A stretch of DNA of 64,000 nt, taken from NCBI RefSeq assembly GCF_000315625.1, contig NW_005434669.1, forward strand, positions 695,638 to 759,637. Reading direction: 5' to 3'. Under the pieces are notes generated by a model. That model ran no database searches. It was not told the DNA's origin and saw only the letters and a list, made by a program, of their open reading frames with translations. The stretch is from Guillardia theta CCMP2712 (taxonomy: Eukaryota; Protista; Cryptophyta). This document shows positions 1-11,640 of the stretch, in pieces. Positions within the stretch are counted from its first letter, which is position 1. The number at the start of each line of letters is the position of its first letter. The position numbers were made by a program, and so were the translations under genes.

Positions 1-200
1 TTCTTTCACCAGGACACAGTCGTAGTACGCCTTGTAGAAAGGCTCACATACTGGATACTTGTCGGCTTCACACTCTGTTCAATCAATCATCATCAGAGTG
101 AGCGTACCAATCGTTTCTCGCCCGCCTATCCGTGAGAGCTACCTTGACTGAGTATTATATCCGTTTCTCCTCACGACACCTTTTCATGTTCGCCGTGAAT
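1..200 (-). CDS. Possible partial small Cys-motif (CX9C-like) protein running off the window edge
   Basis: The minus strand at 1-75 reads ECEADKYPVCEPFYKAYYDCVLVKE (C-x9-C) after a plausible AG acceptor; upstream exons are only tentative. Confidence 0.25.
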
Positions 201-778
201 TCTAATGTTCAACATGCGGCGTCATTGTTTCATACTCAAACATCACACATCCCCGTCTTGACTCGACCTCACCTACCCCCACACTCCTTTTGCAACTACC
301 AGTAATAGTTCTTCTCCGGAGCTTTCCGATGTGCATGTTCACATACCTTTGCCATTGACGGTCGACGGCTTCTGATAGTCTGGGTCAGATCCGTATTCGG
401 TCCGTGTCAGCGGAGAGGGCATTCCGCTGTACCCAATCCGCTACCACCCTCCAAAACAACAAAGACCTCTCTAGGTTACAGCTCGGAATCAAGTGGGGGT
501 TATTGGTCATTAAACAACAGGGGTATATGGCAGCCATCGAGGGGGGAGGGGTATGACCCTTGAAGGGGTGACTCGAAAGGTAGCGAGGAGGACTACCTGA
601 GGCGGTACCGTGTTCATTGTCCAGCCTCCCTCCGTCCGCTGCCCAGGCGGACCCCCGGGCAACGCAGGGTCCTTGTCGAACGACTGCCCTTTCTCCGTCC
701 GCGGCCGCCCGCTTTGTGGCGGGAGCGGACGGTCGGACGTCTCGACTGACAGTGGTCAGTCGGCTGCCTCCGGGTATC

Positions 779-878
779 NNNNNNNNNNNNNNNNNNNNNN
801 NNNNNNNNNNNNNNNNNNNNNNNNNNNNNNNNNNNNNNNNNNNNNNNNNNNNNNNNNNNNNNNNNNNNNNNNNNNNNN
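779..878. other. Assembly gap (100 N)
   Basis: N run; it falls where other copies of the unit have only ~20 bp. Confidence 0.99.
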
Positions 879-879
879 G

Positions 880-3800
880 GACTCCTATCCTCCTGCATGC
901 TCCTGCTGCTTGTTGCTTGATTGCCTGACCCTTAGGCTGCTTGTCTGCGCGGCTTCGCGCTTGGGCTGGCGATGCCGCGTCTGGGTGCCAGCAGTGCTGG
1001 TTCTTTTCGGGCTTGTGTTTTGTGTGTGTTTGTGCAGCTTCTCGCTGTGGACTGTGTGCCTGCCGGTTCAGCTTGTTCCTGCTTTGTTTTGCTTGAGGCA
1101 CTTTTTCCCTTCTGCCAGTAAATCCTATACTGCAACATGGAGGGCGTCGAGGTTGACCTCCCCCCACTTGGTCAGGTCGGCAGAGCTACCAATGTAACGG
1201 TGGACCAACGTCACGTCCGCCATCAAGCCCTCGTACTGCTCGGACCCTCGATCGCGGATTCCAGGAATGTGGATATCGCTCAGAGGCATCGAGCGCTGAG
1301 CAATGATGTCCGCGAGATACCAGATGAAGCGGACGGAGGGAGGCTGGACACGGGAACACGGTACCGCTCGAGGTAGTCCTCCTCGCTAGCCTCCGAGTCA
1401 GCGGTAGCCGAGACCAACACCGCCCGTGACGGCGGCGACGCCGCGGCAATGCCCAAGGACCGGCGTGACCGGACCCGGCAGGACGCCCCCCGGCATATGT
1501 GGTACACATCCCTGGTTTGCGCGGCGCTCTCGTCGACTCGTCTCATGAGCAGGACATAGGATTTACTGGCAGAAGGTAAAAAGTGCCTGAGCACTTCATT
1601 CCTGCGCAGCGCAATGTGACCCCTCTTGTCATGCGCGGCTTCGCGCTTGGGCTGGCGGTGCCGCGTCTGGGTGCCAGCAGTGCTGGTTCTTTTCGGGCTT
1701 GTGTTTTGTGTGTGATTGTGCCGCTCCTCGCTGTGCGCTGTGTGCCAGGAGGTTTAGCTTGTTCCTGCTTTGTTTTGCTTGAGGCACTTTTTACCTTCTG
1801 CCAGTAAATCCATTATCATGCGCGTCTTCCCTCGCCATGTGCATGCTCGCGCTGCGAGCATGCAAAATCCATCGCTCCCGAACGAAGCTGGTCTTCAGAG
1901 CGTCATCGAGGTAAATGGATTTATTGACCCTTAGGCGCATGACGCCCTTGCGGGCGCAAGCACTTCTCGAGCCAGAGGACAGCTCCTCCTGAGGTCCTGA
2001 CTCGCAAACGCGCCGCCACCTATCAGCGCCTCACCATGCAGCTGACGCTGGAAGCGCTCTTGTCTGGTGCGAGGCGCATGACGCCCTTGCGGGCGCAAGC
2101 ACTTCTCGAGCCAGAGGACAGCTCCTCCTGAGGTCCTGGCTCGCAAACGCGCCGCCACCTATCAGCGCCTCACCATGCAGCTGACGCTGGAAGCGCTCTT
2201 GTCTGGTGCGAGGCGCATGACGCCCTTGCGGGCGCAAGCACTTCTCGAGCCAGAGGACAGCTCCTCCTCGGACTTTGTCGAGTCGCCCGAGGAGTCTTCG
2301 CCGGAGGTCTCCGACTCCGATGGGGGAAACCCTTCGAGTGGCCCCGACGATGGGCGCGGAGCTGGCGACTCGGAGGCGTCTCCGTCCCTCACTGTGACGT
2401 CGGGTGCCTCCGGAGAGCTCGACACCACTGGGGTGCTTGCTGCTGGTCCGAGCTCGCCTGCTTCCTCCCCGAGCATCGGTCGGGTCACGCCGGTCCTTGG
2501 GCATTGCCGCGGCGTCGCCGCCGTCACGGGCGGCTACCACTGACTCGGCTACCGCTGACTCGGAGGCTAGCGAGGAGGACTACCTCGAGCGGTACCGTGT
2601 TCATGTGTCCAGCCTCCCTCCGTCCGCTGCCCCAGGCGGACCCCCGGGCAACGCCGGCTCCTTGTCGGCGGCTGCCCTTTCTCCGTCCGCGGCCGCCCGC
2701 TTTGTGGCGGGAGCGGACGGTCGGACGTCTCGACTGACAGTGGTCAGTCGGCTGCCTCCGGGTATCGCGTCTAAGGGATTTTATTCCTCCTGCATGCTCC
2801 TGCTGCTTGTTGCTTGATTGCCTGACCCTTAGGCTGCTTGTCTGCGCGGCTTCGCGCTTGGGCTGGCGATGCCGCGTCTGGGTGCCAGCAGTGCTGGTTC
2901 TTTTCGGGCTTGTGTTTTGTGTGTGTTTGTGCAGCTTCTCGCTGTGGACTGTGTGCCTGCCGGTTCAGCTTGTTCCTGCTTTGTTTTGCTTGAGGCACTT
3001 TTTCCCTTCTGCCAGTAAATCCTATACTGCAACATGGAGGGCGTCGAGGTTGACCTCCCCCCACTTGGTCAGGTCGGCAGAGCTACCAATGTAACGGTGG
3101 ACCAACGTCACGTCCGCCATCAAGCCCTCGTACTGCTCGGACCCTCGATCGCGGATTCCAGGAATGTGGATATCGCTCAGAGGCATCGAGCGCTGAGCAA
3201 TGATGTCCGCGAGATACCAGATGAAGCGGACGGAGGGAGGCTGGACACGGGAACACGGTACCGCTCGAGGTAGTCCTCCTCGCTAGCCTCCGAGTCAGCG
3301 GTAGCCGAGACCAACACCCGGTGACCGCCCGTGACGGCGGCGACGCCGCGGCAATGCCCAAGGACCGGCGTGACCGGACCCGGCAGGACGCCCCCCGGCA
3401 TATGTGGTACACATCCCTGGTTTGCGCGCTCTCGTCGACTCGTCTCATGAGCAGGACATAGGATTTACTGGCAGAAGGTAAAAAGTGCCTGAGCACTTCA
3501 TTCCTGCGCAGCGCAATGTGACCCCTCTTGTCATGCGCGGCTTCGCGCTTGGGCTGGCGGTGCCGCGTCTGGGTGCCAGCAGTGCTGGTTCTTTTCGGGC
3601 TTGTGTTTTGTGTGTGATTGTGCCGCTCCTCGACCTCACGAGAGCCTGCTCTGGCTCTAGAAGTGCTTGCGCCCGCAAGGGCGTCATGGCCTTTCTGCCA
3701 GTAAATCCCATTATCATGCGCGTCTTCCCTCGCCATGTGCATGCTCGCGCTGCGAGCATGCAAAATCCATCGCTCCCGAACGAAGCTGGTCTTCAGAGCG

Positions 3801-6240
3801 TCATCGAGGTAAATGGATTTATTGACCCTTAGGCGCATGACGCCCTTGCGGGCGCAAGCACTTCTCGAGCCAGAGGACAGCTCCTCCTGAGGTCCTGGCT
3901 CGCAAACGCGCCGCCACCTATCAGCGCCTCACCATGCAGCTGACGCTGGAAGCGCTCTTGTCTGGTGCGAGGCGCATGACGCCCTTGCGGGCGCAAGCAC
4001 TTCTCGAGCCAGAGGACAGCTCCTCCTCGGACTTTGTCGAGTCGCCCGAGGAGTCTTCGCCGGAGGTCTCCGACTCCGATGGGGGAAACCCTTCGAGTGG
4101 CCCCGACGATCGGCGCGGAGCTGGCGACTCGGAGGCGTCTCCGTCCCTCACTGTGACGTCGGGTGCCTCCGGAGAGCTCGACACCACTGGGGTGCTTGCT
4201 GCTGGTCCGAGCTCGCCTGCTTCCTCCCCGGCATCGGTCGGGTCACGCCGGTCCTTGGGCATTGCCGCGGCGTCGCCGCCGTCACTGTGACAACGATCGG
4301 CTAATAACTTGCACGGCGTGCACCAACTGGCTGCGCAGGGGAGAGAAGAGCGGCAAGCACTTCTTGCTGGTTCTTCTCGGGCTTGTGTTTTGTGTGTGAT
4401 TGTGCAGCTTCTCGGCGGCTGCCCTTTCTCCGTCCGCGGCCGCCCGCTTCAATGTGGCGGGAGCGGACGGTCGGACGTCTCGACTGACAGTGGTCAGTCG
4501 GCTGCCTCCGGGTATCGCGTCTAAGGGATTTTCTTCCTCCTGCATGCTCCTGCTGCTTGTTGCTTGATTGCCTGACCCCGGTTAGGCTGCTTGTCTGCGC
4601 GGCTTCGCGCTTGGGCTGGCGATGCCGCGTCTGGGTGCCAGCAGTGCTGGTTCTTTTCGGGCTTGTGTTTTGTGTGTGTTTGTGCAGCTTCTCGCTGTGG
4701 ACTGTGTGCCTGCCGGTTCAGCTTGTTCCTGCTTTGTTTTGCTTGAGGCACTTTTTCCCTTCTGCCAGTAAATCCTATACTGCAACATGGAGGGCGTCGA
4801 GGTTGACCTCCCCCCACTTGGTCAGGTCGGCAGAGCTACCAATGTAACGGTGGACCAACGTCACGTCCGCCATCAAGCCCTCGTACTGCTCGGACCCTCG
4901 ATCGCGGATTCCAGGAATGTGGATATCGCTCAGAGGCATCGAGCGCTGAGCAATGATGTCCGCGAGATACCAGATGAAGCGGACGGAGGGAGGCTGGACA
5001 CGGGAACACGGTACCGCTCGAGGTAGTCCTCCTCGCTAGCCTCCGAGTCAGCGGTAGCCGAGACCAACACCGCCCGTGACGGCGGCGACGCCGCGGCAAT
5101 GCCCAAGGACCGGCGTGACCGGACCCGGCAGGACGCCCCCCGGCATATGTGGTACACATCCCTGGTTTGCGCGGCGCTCTCGTCGACTCGTCTCATGAGC
5201 AGGACATAGGATTTACTGGCAGAAGGTAAAAAGTGCCTGAGCACTTCATTCCTGCGCAGCGCAATGTGACCCCTCTTGTCATGCGCGGCTTCGCGCTTGG
5301 GCTGGCGGTGCCGCGTCTGGGTGCCAGCAGTGCTGGTTCTTTTCGGGCTTGTGTTTTGTGTGTGATTGTGCCGCTCCTCGCCTCTCCGCTGTGTGCCAGG
5401 AGGTTTAGCTTGTTCCTGCTTTGTTTTGCTTGAGGCACTTTTTACCTTCTGCCAGTAAATCCATTATCATGCGCGTCTTCCCTCGCCATGTGCATGCTCG
5501 CGCTGCGAGCATGCAAAATCCATCGCTCCCGAACGAAGCTGGTCTTCAGAGCGTCATCGAGGTAAATGGATTTATTGACCCTTAGGCGCATGACGCCCTT
5601 GCGGGCGCAAGCACTTCTCGAGCCAGAGGACAGCTCCTCCTGAGGTCCTGGCTCGCAAACGCGCCGCCACCTATCAGCGCCTCACCATGCAGCTGACGCT
5701 GGAAGCGCTCTTGTCTGGTGCGAGGCGCATGACGCCCTTGCGGGCGCAAGCACTTCTCGAGCCAGAGGACAGCTCCTCCTCGGACTTTGTCGAGTCGCCC
5801 GAGGAGTCTTCGCCGGAGGTCTCCGACTCCGATGGGGGAAACCCTTCGAGTGGCCCCGACGATCGGCGCGGAGCTGGCGACTCGGAGGCGTCTCCGTCCC
5901 TCACTGTGACGTCGGGTGCCTCCGGAGAGCTCGACACCACTGGGGTGCTTGCTGCTGGTCCGAGCTCGCCTGCTTCCTCCCCGGCATCGGTCGGGTCACG
6001 GGCGGCCGGTCCTTGGGCATTGCCGCGGCGTCGCCGCCGTCACTGTGACAACGATCGGCTAATAACTTGCACGGCGTGCACCAACTGGCTGCGCAGGGGA
6101 GAGAAGAGCGGCAAGCACTTCTTGCTGGTTCTTCTCGGGCTTGTGTTTTGTGTGTGATTGTGCAGCTTCTCGCTGTGCGCTGTGTGCCAGGAGGTTTAGC
6201 TTGATCCGAGGAATAGGATCCTGCTTTGTTTTGCTTGAGG
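880..6240 (+). repeat. Higher-order tandem repeat, ~3 copies of a composite 1.75-1.9 kb unit
   Basis: Anchor TGCAACATGGAGGGCGTCG at 1131, 3028 and 4781 (periods 1897 and 1753); identical ORF translations recur (e.g. the 79-aa MEGVEVDLPP ORF three times). Confidence 0.9.
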
Positions 6241-6505
6241 ACTGACATAGGATTTACTGGCAGAAGGTAAAAAGTGCCTCAAGCAAAATAAAGCAGGAAC
6301 AAGCTGAACCGGCAGGCACACAGTCCACAGCGAGAAGCTGCACAAACACACACAAAACACAAGCCCGAAAAGAACCAGCACTGCTGGCACCCAGACGCGG
6401 CAGCGCCAGCCCAAGCGCGAAGCCGCGCAGACAAGCAGCCTAAGGGTCAGGCAATCAAGCAACAAGCAGCAGGAGCATGCAGGAGGAATAAAATCCCTTA
6501 CACGC

Positions 6506-6741
6506 NNNNNNNNNNNNNNNNNNNNNNNNNNNNNNNNNNNNNNNNNNNNNNNNNNNNNNNNNNNNNNNNNNNNNNNNNNNNNNNNNNNNNNNNNNNNNNN
6601 NNNNNNNNNNNNNNNNNNNNNNNNNNNNNNNNNNNNNNNNNNNNNNNNNNNNNNNNNNNNNNNNNNNNNNNNNNNNNNNNNNNNNNNNNNNNNNNNNNNN
6701 NNNNNNNNNNNNNNNNNNNNNNNNNNNNNNNNNNNNNNNNN
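6506..6741. other. Assembly gap
   Basis: N run. Confidence 0.99.
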
Positions 6742-7095
6742 TGGTCGGCAGAGCTACCAATGTAAGGGTGGACCAACGTCACGTCCGCCATCAAGCCCTC
6801 GTACTGCTCAGACCCTCGATCGCGGATTCCAGGGATGTGGATATCGCCCTTCATCTTGCGGAGGGTACCTGCCGTCGAGAACGAGGATCCCCCACTGTAT
6901 CGATGACGCTCTGAAGACCAGCTTCGTTCAGCATCGACCGAATCGTACGAGTGAGGTTGTCATGCGCCGTGGGAAGCTTGGAGGATCGGCGTTTGCAGGT
7001 CTGGAGATGATGTGCAGCAACGGAGGGATCGAGCTCGCGCTGACATCCATCACATTCCGTCGGACACTGGCAGATCGGCATGCCATGGAGATAGC
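6742..7095 (-). pseudogene. Retrotransposon Zn-knuckle + restriction-like endonuclease fragment
   Basis: YLHGMPICQCPTECDGCQRELDPSVAAHHLQTCKRRSSKLPTAHDNLTRTIRSML...KGDIHIPG...LMADVTLVHPYIG, the CCHC / RHN-like / PD..D arrangement of RLE elements. Confidence 0.75.
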
Positions 7096-7349
7096 AGTCG
7101 AGCTTCTTGTCTGCGCGGCTTCGCGCTTGGGCTGGCGGTGCCGCGTCTGGGTGCCAGCAGTGCTGGTTCTTCTCGGGCTCGTGTTTTGTGTGTGATTGTG
7201 CAGCTTCTCGCTGTGCGCTGCGTGCCAGGAGGTTCAGCTTGATCCTGCTTTGTTTTGCTTGAGGCACTTTTTACCTTCTGCCAGTAAATCCATTGTCTTG
7301 CGGCCATGAGGATGGGAGGGTACCTGCCGGCAAGAACGAGGATCCCCGA

Positions 7350-8375
7350 CTGTATCGATGCCTTCGAGGTCGTCACTGGCGGGATTACACTTGGCGGCCT
7401 GCCTATCGGCACGGATGGATTTCATGCTAGTCAGCTCCGAGCGAAGGTTTCTACCCTCAACGAAGAGCTCTCGAAGCTCGGGCTCGTCCAGCATGGCTTC
7501 ATGTTCAAGACGCTGGTGAGGGCGAGCCATCTCCAGAAGCTGCGCTTCTTCCTCCAGGGGTCTTCTCCGTTTCTCCCGCGGGTCCAATCACAGATTCGTC
7601 GCTTTGACCTCTCTGTCCACCTGGCGCTTGAGAAATACCACCGCTGGCCTTCCTCGCAGTACCTCGCCGCGCATCCCGACCTGCTAGAGTTTGCGAGGTT
7701 CAAGCGGGAGCTTCCGTATAGTCGGGGAGGGGACGAGTTCACGCCCTCTGAGGGTCTACACCCCGCTGTTTACTATACGGCTATCGCTCGCTTCCTCGCT
7801 TGGTACTCTGACCAGCCGATGTCCCGGACCTTGCCCTCTCCTCATAGCCTGGACGTTCACTGCTCGAGATCTCTCCGTGCCCAGAAGCATCCTCTGGCGA
7901 CCTTCTTCGTTGAGGCGCACGACTTCGTTCATAATGCTGGAGCGATCCTCTACCGTCGTGTGAAGGCTCCTGCACCGGCTGCAGATGGCGCGGCGATCCC
8001 ACCTGCCCCGGCTGCTGTGCCTGATGACGCAGGACGCCCCCCGGCATCTGTGGTACACATCCCTGGTTTGCGCGCTCTCGTCGACTCGTCTCATGAGCAC
8101 TTCATTCCTCCGCCTGCGCAGCGCAATGTGACCCCTCTTGTCATGCGCGTCTTCCCTCGCCATGTGCATGCTCGCGCTGCGCTGACCGATCAGCAGCGTG
8201 ATATCCTCACCTTGCACAGCCGCAGGACACACTCGCTCAAGTCGCAGGATAGGGTCTTGCAGTCTACCATCTTCGCTCATTTTCCTGAGCGTGACCTGAG
8301 CCACTCTCCGATGCGAGTCTCGAGCTACTACCCCCTCACTGAGGCCTTCCCGCACCGCTATGCTCAGATGCCTAA
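7350..8375 (+). pseudogene. Longest contiguous retrotransposon ORF fragment (end of RT and thumb/linker)
   Basis: ORF 7306-8805 contains GITLGGLPIGTDGF (RT domain 7 G..LG.PiG type) and ~330 aa downstream; both ends are fused to unrelated shuffled pieces; no YxDD core is present. Confidence 0.7.
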
Positions 8376-10904
8376 GGGTGAAGGGTCAGGCAATCAAGCA
8401 ACAAGCAGCAGGAGCATGCAGGAGGAAGAAAATCCCTTAGACGCGATACCCGGAGGCAGCCGACTGACCACTGTCAGTCGAGACGTCCGCTGCCGCCACA
8501 AAGCGGGCGGCCGCGGACGGAGAAAGGGCAGCCGCCGACAAGGAGCCGGCGTTGCCCGGGGGTCCGTCTCGCTGTGCGCTGTGTGCCAGGAGGTGACAGG
8601 TTTAGCTTGTTCCTGCTTTGTTTTGCTTGAGGGGCACTTTTTACCTTCTGCCAGTAAATCCTATACGTCCGCCTGGGGCAGCGGACGGAGGGAGGCTGGA
8701 CACAGGAACACGGTACCGCTCGAGGTAGTCCTCCTCGACGCAATAGTGGATTTACTGGCAGAAGGTAAAAAGTGCCTCAAGCAAAACAAAGCAGGATCAA
8801 GCTAAACCTCCAGGCACACAGTCCACAGCGAGAAGCTGCACAATCACACACAAAACACAAGCCCGAAAAGAACCAGCACTGCTGGCACCCAGACGCGGCA
8901 TCGCCAGCCCAAGCGCGAAGCCGCGCAGACAAGCAGCCGAAGGGTCAGGCAATCAAGCAACAAGCAGCAGGAGCATGCAGGAGGAAGAAAATCCCTTAGA
9001 CGCGATACCCGGAGGCAGCCGACTGACCACTGTCAGTCGAGACGTCCGCTGCCGCCACAAAGAAGGGCAATATTCACATCCCTGGAATCCGCGATCGAGG
9101 GTCTGAGCAGTACGAGGGCTTGATGGCGGACGTGACGTTCGTCCACCCTTACATACGTTGGTCCACCCTTACATTTCGGGTAGCCGCGTCTGCCGACCTG
9201 ACCAAGTGGGACAATGGATTTACTGGCAGAAGGTAAAAAGTGCCTCAAGCAAAATAAAGCAGGATCAAGCTGAACCTCCTGGCACGCAGCGCACAGCGAG
9301 AAGCTGCACAATCACACACAAAACACAAGCCCGAAAAGAACCAGCACTGCTGGCACCCAGACGCGGCACCGCCAGCCCAAGCGCGAAGCCGCGCAGACAA
9401 GCAGCCTAACCGGGGTCAGGCAATCAAGCAACAAGCAGCAGGAGCATGCAGGAGGAAGAAAATCCCTTACACGCGATACCCGGAGGCAGCCGACTGACCA
9501 CTGTCAGTCGAGACGTCCGCTGCCGACACAAAGCGGGCGGCCGCGGACGGAGAAAGGGCAGCCGCCGACAAGGAGCCGGCGTTGCCCGGGGTCCGCCTGG
9601 GGCAGCCTGCGGCCTATACTGACGGAGGGAGGCTGGACACGGATATCGCCCTTCATCTTGCGGCCATGAGGATGGGAGGGTACCTGCCGTCGAGAACGAG
9701 GATCCCCCACTGTATCGATGACGCTCTGAAGACCAGCTTCGTTCAGCATCGACCGAATCGTACGAGTGAGGTTGCGTGGGAAGCTTGGAGGATCGGCGTT
9801 TGCAGGTCTGGAGATGATGTGCAGCAACGGAGGGATCGAGCTCGCGCTGACATCCATCACATTCCGTCGGACACTGGCAGATCGGCATGCCATGGAGATA
9901 CAATGGATTTACTGGCAGAAGGTAAAAAGTCCTAGTTGTTCCTGCTTTGTTCTGCTTGAGGCACTTTTTACCTTCTGCCAGTAAATCCATTGTGACCAGC
10001 CTAGATAGCGGTCGAGCATCTGAGCATAGCGGTGCGGTCGAGACTCGCATCGGAGAGTGGCTCAGGTCACGCTCAGGAAAATGAGCGAAGATGGTAGACT
10101 GCAAGACCCTATCCTGCGACTTGAGCGAGTGTGTCCTGCGGCTGTGCAAGCCTGTGAGGATATCACCGTCTGCTGATCGGTCAGCGCAGGCGCTGAGCGC
10201 GAGCATGCACATGGCGAGGGAAGACGCGCATGACAAGACGGGTGACAGTGGGGGGAGGTCAACCTCGCCGCCCTCCATGTGGCAGCGTCGACACCACTGG
10301 GGTGCTTGCTGCTGGTCCGAGCTTGCCTGCTTCCTCCCCGGCATGACTCGGGCCGGCATCGGTCGGGTCACGCCGGTCCTTGGGCATTGCCGCGGCGTCG
10401 CCGCCGTCACGGGCCGGGTGTTGGTTTCGGCTACCGCTGACTCGGAGGCTAGCGAGGAGGACTACCTCGAGCGGTATCGTGTTCCTGTGTCCAGCCTCCC
10501 TCCGTCCGCTGCCCCAGGCGGACCCCCGGGCAACGCCGGCTCCTTCAACGGTCGGCGGCTGCCCTTTCTCCGTCCGCGGCCGCCCGCTTTGTGGCGGCAG
10601 CGCTCGGACGTCTCGACTGACAGTGGTCCGATCGGCTGCTTCCGGGTATCGCGTCTAAGGGATTTTCTTCCTCCTGCATGCTCCTGCTGCTTGTTGCTTG
10701 ATTGCTTGACCCTTCGGCTGCTTGTCTGCGCGGCTTCGCGCTTGGGCTGGCGGTGCCGCGTCTGGGTGCCAGCAGTGCTGGTTCTTTTCGGGCTTGTGTT
10801 TTGTGTGTGTTTGTGCAGCTTCTCGCTGTGCGCTGTGTGCCTGCCGGTTTAGCTTGATCCTGCTTTATTTTGCTTGAGGCACTTTTTACCTTCTGCCAGT
10901 AAAT

Positions 10905-11640
10905 CCTATCTCCATGGCATGCCGATCTGCCAGTGTCCGACGGAATGTGATGGATGTCAGCGCGAGCTCGATCCTTCCGTTGCTGCGCATCATCTCCAGA
11001 CCTGCAAACGCCGATCCCGGAGTCCAAGCTTCCCACGGCGCATGACAACCTCACTCGCACTATTCGCCGAGTCAATGCTGAACGAAGCTGGTCTTCAGAG
11101 CGTCATCGATACAGTGGGGGATCCTCGTTCTCGACGGCAGGTACCCTCCGATCCTCATGGCCGCAAAAGGAAGGGCGATATCCACATCCCTGGAATCCGA
11201 GATCAAGGGTCTGAGCAGTACGAGGGCTTGATGGCGGATGTGACGTTGGACCACCCCTATATTCTGCTGAGGTCTTGGCTCGCAAACGCGCCGCCACCTA
11301 TCAGCGCCTCACTATGCAGCTGTGACGCTGGAGGCGCTCTTGTCTGGTGCGAGGCGCATGACGCCCTTGCGGGCGCAACTTAGCACTTCTCGAGCCAGAG
11401 GACAGCTCCTCCTCGGACTTTGTCGAGTCGCCCGAGGAGGAGTCTTCGCCGGAGGTCTCCGACTCCGATGGGGGAAACACTTCGAGTGGCGCCGACGACC
11501 GGCGCGGAGCTGGCGAGGCGTCTCTGTCCACACCACTGGGGTGCTTGCTGCTGGTCCGAGCTCGCCTGCTCAGCTCCTCCCCGGCATCGGGCCGGGTCCC
11601 GCCGCGGCCCGGTCCGCGGCCGGTCCTTGGGCATTGCCGC
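10905..11640 (+). pseudogene. Second degenerate Zn-knuckle/RLE plus C-terminal tail fragment
   Basis: Same CDGC..HHLQTC..KGDIHIPG..DVTLDHPY motifs, with frameshifts. Confidence 0.7.

Noticed and set aside
1559-1811. MITE with 30-bp terminal inverted repeats
   Set aside because: The inverted repeats are two opposed copies of the retroelement 3' end; no target-site duplication is evident and the motif also occurs unpaired.
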